From a virus (Duplodnaviria; Caudoviricetes): DNA of 55,711 nucleotides. The notes under the pieces were generated by a model. It did not search any database. It worked only from the letters and a program-made list of their open reading frames with translations, and was not told where the DNA came from. The translations under genes were made by a program, and so were the position numbers. The DNA lies in IMG/VR virus record IMGVR_UViG_3300046822_000225, positions 1-55,711 of that record. One strand, given 5' to 3'. Positions 19,401 to 28,718 of the stretch are shown here, in pieces (position 1 is the stretch's first letter; each line of letters starts with the position of its first letter).

Positions 19401-21716
19401 GAGATCGACACCGACACTCGCAAGCTGCTGAAGCTCTATGGCTTCTCGTCCCCCGGCGCGGTCATCGATGCGCTGAACAGTCCGGACGCCCAGAAGCCGC
19501 TGCCGCAGACCGCGCCAGGCCTGAAGCCGGCCGCGAAGAAGGCGCAGGGCGGATGGATCGGCGCGCCCGGAATGGTCGGCCATGACAGCGTCGCGATTGA
19601 TGCGCCCGTTGGAGGGATCGTGCTCAACCGTCACCAGCTCCCGGTCGCGCAGCTCGCATTGGCAGCGAGCGGCATGACGCTCGGCGACCTGATCGGGCGC
19701 GCGTCGGGTGGCCCGACGACGCCGATCGTCGCCGCGCACGGCGAGTTCCTCGCGGGCCCGCACGGCGCCGGCCTGCTCGACCACGCCCTGGGCAACATCG
19801 GGATCGGCGGCCTCGGCGAGCTGTTCGGCGCGATCCGCACCCCGCACTACATGGCGGCGGGCGGCGCCGTGGTGGGCGCCAGCATGTACGGCGGGCCGAG
19901 AGACCCGACGACGCGTAAGCCCGAGCACGGCTACCGCGGCGACCTGCTGGAGTCAAACCCGCTCAGCTACGCGGAGCTCGGCAACGGCAAGGCGCTCGGC
20001 GGTCTGCCCTACCGTCACCCGCTCACGATCCGCTACGCCGGACGCAGCGTCGTCGCGCGCAAGCTGGACATCGGCGCCGGCGGCGGCGACATCAACGGCC
20101 ACGCCCGCGCGATCGACCTGTACTACCACCTCGCCGACCAGCTCGGCTTCAACGGCCTCGGCGTCGTTGGGATCAACGGCGCGAGCCCACCCGCCAGCGC
20201 CGCCGACGCGACCGGCGGCGGGCGCTCGAGCTCGCCGACGGCGGCCGCGGCCCGCGCGGTCCTCAAGCGCGTCACGGTTCCCGGCTCAGGTGCGGTTGGA
20301 GCGCTCGCGCAGCGCGCTGTCGATCTCGCGCGTGCCGGCGGCCAGCACCTGCTTGACGCGGTGCGGCCCGGCGCGGGCGCCGGCACGCCCGACAGCGCCG
20401 GTGGGCCCACGGGCCTGGGGTCCTTCGATGGGCTGCCTGTCGCGAGCTGGATCGTGCCCGAGCTCGCGTACGCGCGCTCGCATGGCTGGAGCGGGCACAT
20501 CACCAGCGGATACCGCTCACCAACCCAGATCATCACCGGGCCCGTGGTCGCCCCACAAGGCCAGAGCGAGCATCAGGGCACCCAGGCGCCGCACGGAGCC
20601 GTTGACTTCGGCGGCCCGCTCAGCCCCGCCGCACTCGCCAACAAGCTCGCGTTCATCCGCGCGACCGCCGCATACAAGGGCCGCAAGCTGCTGTCCGCGG
20701 TCGGCTTCCGCGACGACGGCCACATGAGCGGCACCGGCCACAACCGCGGCGGCACGATCCAGGCGATGGCCGCCGGCGGCAGCATCAAGAAGCTGAAGGC
20801 AACGACTTCGCGGCCCAAGACCTCGCCGACGACTCTGCACATCCGCGCGATCGACGCGCCCCCAACCGACACCGTCGCCGACTACAACAGGATCACCGCG
20901 TCGATCGACGCTGACCGCAACGCCTACGAGCTAGCCGACCGCGTGTACAACGACGACACTGCGCCGCTGATCGATCCCGACACCGGGCTGGTGAACGTCG
21001 ACACCGTCAACGAGAAGGCCGACAAGCTGCAGAAGCTCGTCGATCTGCGCCAGGCGATCCTCGACAAGCTCTACCAGGCCAACGCCAAGGTCCTCGAGAT
21101 CATCGCGGCGTACCGCGAGATGATCAAACGCCTGCGGACCTCACTCAAGCACGCCAAGGGCAAGAACCGCGACGGCGTGCTCGGACAGATCGACCAGGCC
21201 AAGACCGCCGTCGGCGACTGGAAGAGCACGCTGACCGGCATCGGCCAGGACATCGGAGATGCCACCATCGATCTCGGTGAGATCACCCAGGAACGCGCCG
21301 CGATCCTGGGCACCCAGCCCGACCAGAGCATCATCGACTCCAACGCCGCAGCCGCCGCATCGACTGGGGACACCGGGGCGACCCCTGCGGCGCCACCGTC
21401 GCCGGCGGATATCGCCGCGGCGGCGATCGCGGATGTCGCGAGCTTTCTCACCGCGCAGCAGCAGTCTCTCAGCGCGTACGCCGACAACTTCATCACGCCG
21501 TTTCAGGCGACGCAGCCGGGAGGCGTGTTCTCCGGCAGCCCGGATCAGCTTGCGGCGCTGGGTGGCGCGAAGTTCCTCGGCGCCGGCTCCGACGGGTCGC
21601 TCGGCGGGCCCGCTGGCCGCTCGATCACGATCCACAACACGTACAACCAGCTGCCTGACAACGCCGGGACGTGGGCCAGTCAGATGCGCTTCCAGGTCGA
21701 GGCGAGCATCGGCTAG
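16434..21716 (+). CDS. Tape measure protein with C-terminal cell-wall hydrolase domains
   Basis: 1760 aa, Ala/Gly-rich helical; RlpA/DPBB-like and M15-peptidase-like motifs near the C-terminus. Confidence 0.92.
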   Translation: MSEIDVGGIAVRLGFKDDKRGFDDWERNVVRAQQVKDINAHLGAEYDGRGFDTYYRKLDETKARVAKRDAFKAVLGAEYDGRAFAAMERDLAKADRDMQHARAQAAKPIVAQLSAKNNTRGFDQWGQRVDGSRRDAARAVEAHLRAKVDPAGFVAYEAALKASEDKARRREAFQLALGAKFDPKAFDAYERTVSSTGGKVRGLAGLFGVLTRSKGETDKLITKNVGTFGGLSGAVSGSGEAVGGLAGRFGGLSGALLPLAGVLAAAIPVFVALGGAAAALAGSFAAALAGAAAVGVGIGAALGPLAALAGAVAQRVGLISAAYTALGAQHDKSGRSATAGAASQAAAAQQIKSAEQGLADAQRTVVRAQDDLTAARFRARREVMDLKTALDQTNLSEQRANLNLEQAVRHLAEVQADPTSSSFDIRDAQLAVKEAGEALTEARTARNRAITDAKKGTDTVTRAEQQLADARRGAARAADQVTQAQTAAAAATAKQSTAADSAQAALGKLTSTERGLLTTVRKTVGELQKTFKPATDAIFGSVDKALKTVEPLIAPFAGRFKGIGLSIAGVITGAAKSLSGPAWGKALNAFIATSRRIVKPIADSIGSVLITLRNIAVAAQPYVVDLAHWFERALGGIAGKTKDAGKLGDVIKGLVDQTKAWAGFATSVGKLLFTIFNGGAADGKSLVRTLTDVVRGWTRFLDTKPGQDRLRKFFKDSIDATKAIGKAVIAVAPVIAGVTLKLVELIGWLGRHKTAVYAVIAALAGLALAYGGPITVIATITTALIFLYAKSKLFREIVGGAFHLAGKAITEGLGTPVAVIKTLGGAIVTAYEKSKTFQIVVNAVFQFVRKAVGEAVDGMLGDLTTLLAGLSSFLTFASKLPIVGGAFKAAAQGIDGARDAIDHMREALRRGSDPLGAFAKDAQDMRTRTYASISGLRADVQAQMKLIKSATVDGSEQAKQAMATNFQSAIAALQNSMHAGTISVKRALREIDTDTRKLLKLYGFSSPGAVIDALNSPDAQKPLPQTAPGLKPAAKKAQGGWIGAPGMVGHDSVAIDAPVGGIVLNRHQLPVAQLALAASGMTLGDLIGRASGGPTTPIVAAHGEFLAGPHGAGLLDHALGNIGIGGLGELFGAIRTPHYMAAGGAVVGASMYGGPRDPTTRKPEHGYRGDLLESNPLSYAELGNGKALGGLPYRHPLTIRYAGRSVVARKLDIGAGGGDINGHARAIDLYYHLADQLGFNGLGVVGINGASPPASAADATGGGRSSSPTAAAARAVLKRVTVPGSGAVGALAQRAVDLARAGGQHLLDAVRPGAGAGTPDSAGGPTGLGSFDGLPVASWIVPELAYARSHGWSGHITSGYRSPTQIITGPVVAPQGQSEHQGTQAPHGAVDFGGPLSPAALANKLAFIRATAAYKGRKLLSAVGFRDDGHMSGTGHNRGGTIQAMAAGGSIKKLKATTSRPKTSPTTLHIRAIDAPPTDTVADYNRITASIDADRNAYELADRVYNDDTAPLIDPDTGLVNVDTVNEKADKLQKLVDLRQAILDKLYQANAKVLEIIAAYREMIKRLRTSLKHAKGKNRDGVLGQIDQAKTAVGDWKSTLTGIGQDIGDATIDLGEITQERAAILGTQPDQSIIDSNAAAAASTGDTGATPAAPPSPADIAAAAIADVASFLTAQQQSLSAYADNFITPFQATQPGGVFSGSPDQLAALGGAKFLGAGSDGSLGGPAGRSITIHNTYNQLPDNAGTWASQMRFQVEASIG

Positions 21717-22616
21717 ATGGCGTTCGTCGGTATCGCATATGAGCTGATCGCGCCGGACGGCACACGAGTCGTGGTCGGTAACAGCGATGCTGCGAAGGCG
21801 GACCCTGACTACATCGGGACGCTGGACCCCGAGAACGGCATTCAGGGGCTCTTGGATGCCGCGAGCGTGAGAGACAGCTCCAGCGACCTGGTCGAAGCGG
21901 ACGGCGCGTCGTTCGGATCGTTCTGGCTGTCGCGCCGACAGGGCACGATGACCGGCCTGCTGCGCCCCGACCTGCTGGACGGGCCAACGGTCGCGGCCGC
22001 GGAGAGCAAGCTCAAGCGCGCGACGCGTGCGCTGCGCGGCGACGCGCTGCTGCGCTGGACACCACCCAACGACTCAAGCCCGAGGCAGCTGCGTGTGCGT
22101 CGCCAGGACGGCCCGCACGTCACCGGCCGCCGGCCGAAGACGTGGCAGATCACGCTGGAATCCGCTGACGTCTACGCGCTCGGGTCGACGGAAAGTCACA
22201 TCGTCATCACCGCGGGCGCGGCGGCCGGCGAGGTCGGGATCCTGGACCCGATCACCGACCCGATCAGCAGCGCGCTGAACAGCACCGGTCAGGGCAGCGT
22301 CCTGAACACCGGCGACGCGCCGACATGGCCGCGCTTCCGGATCACCGGCCCGATCACCAACCCGACGATCCTCAACAACTCCACCGGCCAGGCGATCGTG
22401 CTGTCCTACACGCTGAACGCCGCGGAGTTCCTCGACATCTACCCGCGGCGCGGCGCGATTCTCGCCGGCGGCACCGCCGACCGCTACAGCGCACTGAACT
22501 TCGCGCAGAGCGCCTGGTGGCAGCTGGCGCCCGGCACCAACGATGTGCGGCTCCTCGCCACCACGTTCAGCTCGCCTGCCGCGCTGGACGTCTACTGGCA
22601 ACCCGCGTTTGAATGA
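21717..22616 (+). CDS. Distal tail protein (Dit-like)
   Basis: Follows TMP; NTGDAPTWP.F.ITGP.TNP..WWQLAPGTN motifs. Confidence 0.85.
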   Translation: MAFVGIAYELIAPDGTRVVVGNSDAAKADPDYIGTLDPENGIQGLLDAASVRDSSSDLVEADGASFGSFWLSRRQGTMTGLLRPDLLDGPTVAAAESKLKRATRALRGDALLRWTPPNDSSPRQLRVRRQDGPHVTGRRPKTWQITLESADVYALGSTESHIVITAGAAAGEVGILDPITDPISSALNSTGQGSVLNTGDAPTWPRFRITGPITNPTILNNSTGQAIVLSYTLNAAEFLDIYPRRGAILAGGTADRYSALNFAQSAWWQLAPGTNDVRLLATTFSSPAALDVYWQPAFE

Positions 22617-22626
22617 TGGAGGTCTG

Positions 22627-22983
22627 ATGCCCGACACGATCTACCACGTGCGCAGCAAGATCACCGGCGCGCGCGTGATCATCGGCCTGACCGATCGCGA
22701 GCTCGCGACGAGCGAGTGCGAGCGTCTGAACACCGAGGCGCGCACCGGCATCCGCGCCGCGTACGGCGAAGGTGAGGACCGCGTGGAGGCCCAACGCCTT
22801 GTCGCCGGCGACAGCGGTATCGCCGAGCACCGCGAGCACGGCATGCCGGCCGAGCATGTCGGCCGGATCCTGCATGACGGTCAGATCATGGAATACGAGC
22901 TGGAGGTCGAGGCGCGCATGACGCCCGACGAGCTCGAGCGGCTGCACGCGCAGATGCGCGCCTCGCTGCAGCACCCCGCCTGA
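22627..22983 (+). CDS. Hypothetical protein
   Basis: RBS GGAGG before ATG 22627. Confidence 0.55.
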   Translation: MPDTIYHVRSKITGARVIIGLTDRELATSECERLNTEARTGIRAAYGEGEDRVEAQRLVAGDSGIAEHREHGMPAEHVGRILHDGQIMEYELEVEARMTPDELERLHAQMRASLQHPA

Positions 22984-23033
22984 TCCCCGGTCCGCGGGGC
23001 CCTTGCCGCACCTAGCCCTCGAAGGGAGGCCTG

Positions 23034-23969
23034 ATGACGCTCACCGGCGACTTCGTGACCGGGCAGCCGGTCACGTTCCAGCACGCTCGCAAGCTGCTCG
23101 CCGACCAAGGCGGCGGCCTCCAGGAAGGCGCCGTCAACGGCGCTGACCTGATGGTCACCCAGCGTGGGGCCGGCGCGAACATGAGCGTCGACATCGCCGC
23201 CGGGTTCGCATGGGTGCAGATCGACACGGGCACCAACAACGGTCTCGCGCACGTCACCTCTGACGCGGTCGCAAACGTCGCGGTCACGGCCTCCAACGGC
23301 ACGAACCCCCGCATCGACCAGCTGATCCTGCGCTACAACGACACTGCGATCCCGACCGGGTCAGGCAACACGCCGACCCTGGAGATCCTGACGGGCACCG
23401 CGACATCCGGCGCGACGCTGAACAACCGCACCGGCGCCGCCGCGCTGCCCAACGACTGCCTGCGCCTGGCGGACATCCTCGTCCCGGCGACGTCGACGAG
23501 CGTGGTGAACACGAACATTCGTGACCGCCGGCTGTGGGCGCGCGGCGCGGCGATCTTCGTGCGCGGCAACCTCGCCGGCAGCCACACCACGACGAGCACG
23601 AGCGCGGCGCAGCTCGCCGCCGGCGGCTACGACATGCGCTTGGAAACCGGTGGCAACCCCGTCGACATCGACTTCGACGCTGACGTCACGCACAGCGTCA
23701 CGAACGGCACCGTAGAGCTGCAGCTGAACCTCGACGGGGCTGGCGTCGCGGTGCAGCAAGTCCAGATCCCGACCGGCACGCTCGTGCTGCCAATGCCGTT
23801 TCAGTACACCATCTTCCCGTCCGCCGGCAGCCATCTGTTGCAGTGGCAGTGGTTCATCGTCACCGCCGGCACCGCCACGATGATCAACACCGGGCTGACC
23901 GGTCCGCAGGTGCGCTTCCGCGAGATCGTGCGCCAGAACCTGCCCAACAACAGCGTCACCAGCGGCTGA
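23034..23969 (+). CDS. Minor tail protein
   Basis: MSVDIAAG, NPRID, LADILVPA..I.D.R actinophage minor-tail motifs. Confidence 0.8.
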   Translation: MTLTGDFVTGQPVTFQHARKLLADQGGGLQEGAVNGADLMVTQRGAGANMSVDIAAGFAWVQIDTGTNNGLAHVTSDAVANVAVTASNGTNPRIDQLILRYNDTAIPTGSGNTPTLEILTGTATSGATLNNRTGAAALPNDCLRLADILVPATSTSVVNTNIRDRRLWARGAAIFVRGNLAGSHTTTSTSAAQLAAGGYDMRLETGGNPVDIDFDADVTHSVTNGTVELQLNLDGAGVAVQQVQIPTGTLVLPMPFQYTIFPSAGSHLLQWQWFIVTAGTATMINTGLTGPQVRFREIVRQNLPNNSVTSG

Positions 23970-23984
23970 AGCCGCGCGACCCTC

Positions 23985-25202
23985 ATGGGATACACGATGC
24001 TGCTGCGCACAAGGGCAGGTGCGACGCTCGGCGAGCTGCGAAACGCGACCGCGCGCAGCTTTCGCTTCCCTCATCTGCGCACGCCGACAGTCGGATTCAC
24101 GATCGACGCGACACACCCACTCGCGTCCGTACTGCTCGACGTCGACAAGGTCCTGGTCGCCGTGTACGAGGACTCCACGGGCTCGAAGGTACTGCGCTTC
24201 CAGGGGCCTGTCGTGGGCTACCAGAAGACCCGCAATGCTCAGGGCGGCTCGCTCGCGGTCACAGTGGCCGGTGTGGGGTGGCGCCTGGATCACCGCCTCA
24301 TCGGCCGTAGCGGACTGATCCCTGTCAACGACAGCGGCGCTACGTTCGGGACCACACCGCTATCGCTGCTTGATCGCGGCGAGATCATGGGCCGCATCAT
24401 CGACGCGCTGAACGTCGGCGAGTTCGTCAACGTCTGGGCCAACGCCAACGACACTGGCATCCGTCGCGGCGTCATCACCGCGAGCTCGCAGACATACATC
24501 AGCGACTGGCGCTACAAGCCGGCCGGCGAAGCGTTCGCGGATCTCTCCGGCACCCTTGACGGCCCAGAGTGGGTGATCCGCCCGGTCGAGCCGACAACCG
24601 ACGCGATCGGTGTTCAGCTAGGTGCGCTCGACGTCGCGCCGATCATCGGGACCGTCCAATCCAACGTCGCGTTCGAATTCGGTACCGGCCACTACAGCGT
24701 TGGCGACTGGACGGACATCGCGGACGCAAGCGGCCTGTGCAACGAGGCGGTTAGTCTCCCGTCCGGCTACCCAAACAACGCGACCGAGAGCGTTCTGGAA
24801 TGGCTGGACTCACCATCCATCCTCAACGACCGCGGCCTGCATGAAGCCGTGATCGCAGGCGACATCGTCACCGCCGACCTGCGCCTGAAGCTCATTCAGA
24901 ACGCCGTCCAGCTGCGCAAGATCCCCAAGCGCACGATCGCGTTCACGCCCATTGCCGAGGACGCGGGCGCCCCGATCGATCAGCGCCGCGTCCCCCGACT
25001 GTTCGCCGACTACAACGTCGGCGACACGGTCCGCTTCCGCGCCATCGAGCGGTTCCCGATCTACGACACGCTCGGCACTGTGATCGACACGATCGCGATA
25101 CCGACAGTCGATCTGCTGATGCGCGTCTTCGCCGCACAGATCGACCTTGACCCCAACGGCGTGGCCAGCACACAGGTCACGCTCGTCAACGACGGCAGCT
25201 GA
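23985..25202 (+). CDS. Minor tail/baseplate hub protein (ReqiPepy6 gp37-like)
   Basis: FQGPV, DYNVGDTVRF motifs; position. Confidence 0.7.
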   Translation: MGYTMLLRTRAGATLGELRNATARSFRFPHLRTPTVGFTIDATHPLASVLLDVDKVLVAVYEDSTGSKVLRFQGPVVGYQKTRNAQGGSLAVTVAGVGWRLDHRLIGRSGLIPVNDSGATFGTTPLSLLDRGEIMGRIIDALNVGEFVNVWANANDTGIRRGVITASSQTYISDWRYKPAGEAFADLSGTLDGPEWVIRPVEPTTDAIGVQLGALDVAPIIGTVQSNVAFEFGTGHYSVGDWTDIADASGLCNEAVSLPSGYPNNATESVLEWLDSPSILNDRGLHEAVIAGDIVTADLRLKLIQNAVQLRKIPKRTIAFTPIAEDAGAPIDQRRVPRLFADYNVGDTVRFRAIERFPIYDTLGTVIDTIAIPTVDLLMRVFAAQIDLDPNGVASTQVTLVNDGS

Positions 25203-25206
25203 CCCA

Positions 25207-25464
25207 ATGGCGACCGATCCCCGCATCGCCGCCGCGGCCGTCGGCATCGCGATCGGCACCTCGCAAGGCGACGTCGCGGTGCTGCATCAGCGCATCAGCG
25301 ACCTGAGCAAGCGTGTGGCCGCGCTGGAGCGTCTCGGCGGTATCCGCGCAGGCTCAGGGCCCCCAACCTCCAACTGTCGTGACGGCACGCTCTACGTCGA
25401 CATCACCAACTCGCGCCTGTACGCCAGGTCTGCGAGCACCTGGAAATCCGTCGTTATCGCCTGA
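25207..25464 (+). CDS. Small tail-associated protein
   Basis: LSKRVAALER coiled coil followed by GSGPP..DGTLYVD..LY..W fibre motif. Confidence 0.6.
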   Translation: MATDPRIAAAAVGIAIGTSQGDVAVLHQRISDLSKRVAALERLGGIRAGSGPPTSNCRDGTLYVDITNSRLYARSASTWKSVVIA

Positions 25465-25484
25465 CCCGACAAGGGAGCATCCCC

Positions 25485-25814
25485 GTGGCCACAACCCCGC
25501 CCGTCCCGCCGCCGCCGGCGGGGCCGCTCGAGCTCACCCAAGCCGTCATCACCGCCGCTCTCACCTGCGCAAACGCGACGACCGACGCGATCACGCAGGC
25601 GCGCGCCACCGTCGCGACCGGCAAGGACCTACAGCTCGCGGGCGCGCTCGCCGCAACCGCGCAACAGTCCGCGCTTGCCACCAAGGCACTGTGCGCCGCG
25701 CTCAGCAGCGTGCAGGGCCCCGGCCCGCTGCGCGCCGTCCAGGGCACACCGCCACCGATGTACGAGCCCCTCCCAGATCCCCCACCGGCGCCCGACCCCG
25801 CGAGCGCGCCGTGA
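25485..25814 (+). CDS. Hypothetical Pro/Ala-rich protein
   Basis: RBS AAGGGAG; GTG start. Confidence 0.5.
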   Translation: MATTPPVPPPPAGPLELTQAVITAALTCANATTDAITQARATVATGKDLQLAGALAATAQQSALATKALCAALSSVQGPGPLRAVQGTPPPMYEPLPDPPPAPDPASAP

Positions 25815-25823
25815 GCCGGGCCG

Positions 25824-26168
25824 ATGGATGACCGTGACTCCCGCCGCGTCGACGGGCTCCTCGCAAGCTACGGCGAGCTCGGCAGGGACATGAGCGCGTT
25901 GCAGGAGCGTGTCGCCGGCGCCGCGCGCGAACGCGAAGGCGACCTCAGGCGCATCGAGGGCCTCATCGCCGAGCTGCGCGAGGACCTGCGCGCCGCCGTC
26001 GCTACCTGGCGCACCGAACGCCTCGACGACAAGAAGGCAGCCGCGCAGTCCGCGCGTGACGCTGTCGAGGCACGACGGTGGTCCAGAGGGCAATGGATCG
26101 CGATCCTCGGACCGACCGTCGGGATGATCACCGTCGCGATCGCCCTCCTCCAAGGACCGCACCCATGA
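25824..26168 (+). CDS. Coiled-coil membrane protein of the lysis region
   Basis: Coiled coil plus C-terminal TM helix. Confidence 0.6.
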   Translation: MDDRDSRRVDGLLASYGELGRDMSALQERVAGAAREREGDLRRIEGLIAELREDLRAAVATWRTERLDDKKAAAQSARDAVEARRWSRGQWIAILGPTVGMITVAIALLQGPHP

Positions 26169-26839
26169 GCTCGCGCGCCAAGACGATCCGTCTCGCCGCG
26201 ATCTCAAGCGTCGTCGGTGTCGCACTGTTCGTCGCGATCACCCAGGCCGGCTCGTTCGCCCGCCACACCCACCACCAGGCCGCGGCGGCCGCGAAGACCG
26301 CGACCGCGGTGCAGACGACTGTCAAGCAGATCGTGATCCGCAACGGCCTGAAGGGCGCGCCCGGCGCGCCCGGGCGCGCCGGCGCCAGCATCCGAGGCCC
26401 CCGCGGCCCCGAAGGCCCCGCCGGGCCCGCGGGTCCGCGCGGACCACGCGGACCGCTGGGTCCGATCGGTCTCACACCACACATCGGCGTCAGCGACCTC
26501 GTGCCCGCGCTACGCACCCTCTGCGACGGGCCTTGCAACGGCGCCGACGGCGCGCCTGGCCCTGAAGGCGCCAAAGGCGATAGCGGAGCCACCGGCGACA
26601 ACGGCCCGAAGGGTGAGCCCGGCGCGCCTGGCACCCCTGGCGATGTCGGGCCGGCGGGGCCCGCCGGCCCGCCAGGCGCGGCCGGCCAGGACGGCGCACC
26701 GGGTCCCCAAGGGCCCGCCGGCCCCGCGGGCGCAGATGGCCCGGCCGGGCCGCAGGGCCCGCCCGGCGCCGACGCCATCACCACCACCGTCCTCGTGATC
26801 TGCACCGCCCCCGGGATCCCAATCCCCGCCTGCCCGTAG
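26165..26839 (+). CDS. Membrane-anchored collagen-like protein
   Basis: N-terminal TM, two Gly-X-Y runs, Cys pairs. Confidence 0.85.
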   Translation: MSSRAKTIRLAAISSVVGVALFVAITQAGSFARHTHHQAAAAAKTATAVQTTVKQIVIRNGLKGAPGAPGRAGASIRGPRGPEGPAGPAGPRGPRGPLGPIGLTPHIGVSDLVPALRTLCDGPCNGADGAPGPEGAKGDSGATGDNGPKGEPGAPGTPGDVGPAGPAGPPGAAGQDGAPGPQGPAGPAGADGPAGPQGPPGADAITTTVLVICTAPGIPIPACP

Positions 26840-26925
26840 CCCCAGGCGCCCGCGCCAACCCGAAGCCGCACATCCGCCACGCCCGCCCGTCCCGCGGGCC
26901 ACCACCCGCTCCCCGAAGGAGTCCC

Positions 26926-27441
26926 ATGAGCAAACCCCTGACGGCGCGCGGCCGCGCGCTGCACTGGCTGTCCACGCACCGCGGCCTCTACGAGCAGCCC
27001 CCGGGCAGCAACCGCGACAACCGCGCCGACGGCATCACCGCGGCGCAACGACGCCTCGGCGCGTTCCTCGTCGGCGAGGCCTGGTGCGGCGTCTGGGCAT
27101 GCAACGCCGCGCTGCAAGGCGGCGTGAAGATGATCAACCCCGCCAGGTGGGCCGGCGTCGCGACCATCGAAGACGACGCCCGCGCACACACCAACGGCTT
27201 CCGCGGCTGGACGAACGACCCCAAGCAGGTCCTGCGCGCCGACCTCGCCGTGCTCTTCGGTCGCGGCGTCCACGTCGCCACCGTCCGCCAGGTCTACCCG
27301 CGCCTCGGGTACCTCGTCACCGACGAAGGCAACACCAGCCCCGGCAACACGGGAAGCCAGTTCAACGGCGGCACCAGCAGCCGCCGCATCCGACGCATCA
27401 GCCAAGTCCACGGCTTCGCCCTCACCGCGTACGAGAACTAG
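26926..27441 (+). CDS. Endolysin, CHAP-type catalytic domain
   Basis: AWCGVW (Cys), HVATV (His), TDEGNT; RBS AAGGAG. Confidence 0.85.
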   Translation: MSKPLTARGRALHWLSTHRGLYEQPPGSNRDNRADGITAAQRRLGAFLVGEAWCGVWACNAALQGGVKMINPARWAGVATIEDDARAHTNGFRGWTNDPKQVLRADLAVLFGRGVHVATVRQVYPRLGYLVTDEGNTSPGNTGSQFNGGTSSRRIRRISQVHGFALTAYEN

Positions 27442-27450
27442 GAGAACCGC

Positions 27451-27738
27451 ATGCTCAAGACCGTGGGCATCAGCCCGAAAGTCACGATCCCGTCCGTCGC
27501 CCTGATCCTGGTCGGCGCGACCCTCACCATCATCGGGCTGCTCGCCGCCAACGACACCATCAGCACCGCCGGCATCAGCGTCCTCGGCGCCGCCGGCATC
27601 CATCTCCCACTCGCCTACAAGGCCGACGCCGGCGCCATCATCCACGCCCTCGACGAGCCCGGCAACGACCAGCTGCTCGGCAACGCCCTCAACGCCGTCC
27701 AGGACATCGCGAGCACCATCACCGCCCCGTCAGCCTGA
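27451..27738 (+). CDS. Putative holin
   Basis: Two TM segments immediately after the endolysin. Confidence 0.7.
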   Translation: MLKTVGISPKVTIPSVALILVGATLTIIGLLAANDTISTAGISVLGAAGIHLPLAYKADAGAIIHALDEPGNDQLLGNALNAVQDIASTITAPSA

Positions 27739-27869
27739 TGCAGGACAACCCGAGCAGCCGCCCGCGTCGCCTGGCAGGCGCGATAGCGCACCTTGCGAGA
27801 ACGCTCACCAAAAACCGCGAGTGGCCGCCTGACCGTGACCTACACTCGACCGCGCTTCCATGGAAGCGT

Positions 27870-27943
27870 CCCCCGGTAGCTCAGCGGATAGAGCACGCCT
27901 TTTGCGAAGGTCGAGGTCGCAGGTTCGAATCCTGCCCGGGGGA
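27870..27943 (+). tRNA. tRNA-Arg-like gene with aberrant anticodon arm (GCG, or TGC in the alternative register)
   Basis: CCCCCGG/CCGGGGG acceptor stem, GCTC-AGCGGATA-GAGC D arm, GCAGG-TTCGAAT-CCTGC T arm; one extra nt in the anticodon/variable region; no CCA. Confidence 0.8.
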
Positions 27944-28049
27944 TTCTCGGCACCTGTTGGACACGCTCGCGGCACCGCCGCTAGCATCCGTGGTCCTTCG
28001 CAAAAGGCGCTGCTGCCGCTGTGCGCAGGATCGGCCTGACGGTCGACAT

Positions 28050-28649
28050 GTGCCACATGTAGCTGCTGGTCGAGAGCCGCTGCCTTCGGGCTGGCGGCTC
28101 TCGATCGTTGTAGCGCTCATCGTGTTCGCGATCCTGGCCGCTGCCGCGGCGCCGGCACGCGCAGACGACCTGCCGCTCCCATCCGTGCAGCACCCCGCTG
28201 TCGGCACCCGGATCCTCGACAGCATCCAGATCGCCGAACACGTCCTCGGCGCCGCACCGGCCTGCGAGCTGCACATCTACATCGCCGACCTGCACGCGCT
28301 CGGTGACGCCGCCGTCTCCGCGATGGCGCTCTGCACGATCTGGCTCGGCCAGGACCAGGGCAACACGCCGACCGCCCGGATCTACTGGTGCACCATCCTC
28401 GCGCACGAGCTCGCGCACATCCTCGGCTACACCGACCCCATCGGTGTCCGGTCCGTCGACGGCCACATCGACCACAGCCACAGCCCAGACAACCACGCGC
28501 TCATGTACACAGCCGCCGGCAACAACGTGCTGTACCCCTGCTACCAGCGTTTCCTCCCAGCCGGCCAAGGCCACTCCTGGCGAGCCCACCACATCGCGAT
28601 CCCCTGGTCCATCCCTCCACCACCACGCACCCTCACCGCAGCACCCTGA
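28050..28649 (+). CDS. Secreted metzincin (matrixin/M10-like) metallopeptidase; start uncertain
   Basis: Signal peptide ending ARA-DD; HELAHILG..H..ALMY Met-turn. Confidence 0.75.
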   Translation: MPHVAAGREPLPSGWRLSIVVALIVFAILAAAAAPARADDLPLPSVQHPAVGTRILDSIQIAEHVLGAAPACELHIYIADLHALGDAAVSAMALCTIWLGQDQGNTPTARIYWCTILAHELAHILGYTDPIGVRSVDGHIDHSHSPDNHALMYTAAGNNVLYPCYQRFLPAGQGHSWRAHHIAIPWSIPPPPRTLTAAP

Positions 28650-28689
28650 GCGCCCTCGGCCACACCCGGCCGGGGGCGCTTTCGTCGTT
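28649..28689 (+). terminator. Intrinsic terminator-like hairpin
   Basis: AGCGCCCTCGGCC/GGCCGGGGGCGCT stem plus TTCGTCGTT tail. Confidence 0.75.
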
Positions 28690-28718
28690 CCGGCGGCTGG
28701 TGGTGAGAGGATCACGGC

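Noticed and set aside
17664-19928. Long antisense ORFs (also 4342-6519, 26128-27645, 43060-44280, 48058-49101)
   Set aside because: Shadow frames of well-supported + strand genes in GC-rich DNA; no motifs. The antisense 'collagen' simply mirrors Gly-Pro codons.
27084-28649. 521-aa ORF spanning endolysin, holin and tRNA
   Set aside because: Only the last ~200 aa (signal peptide plus HExxH) are protein-like; the rest overlaps real genes.
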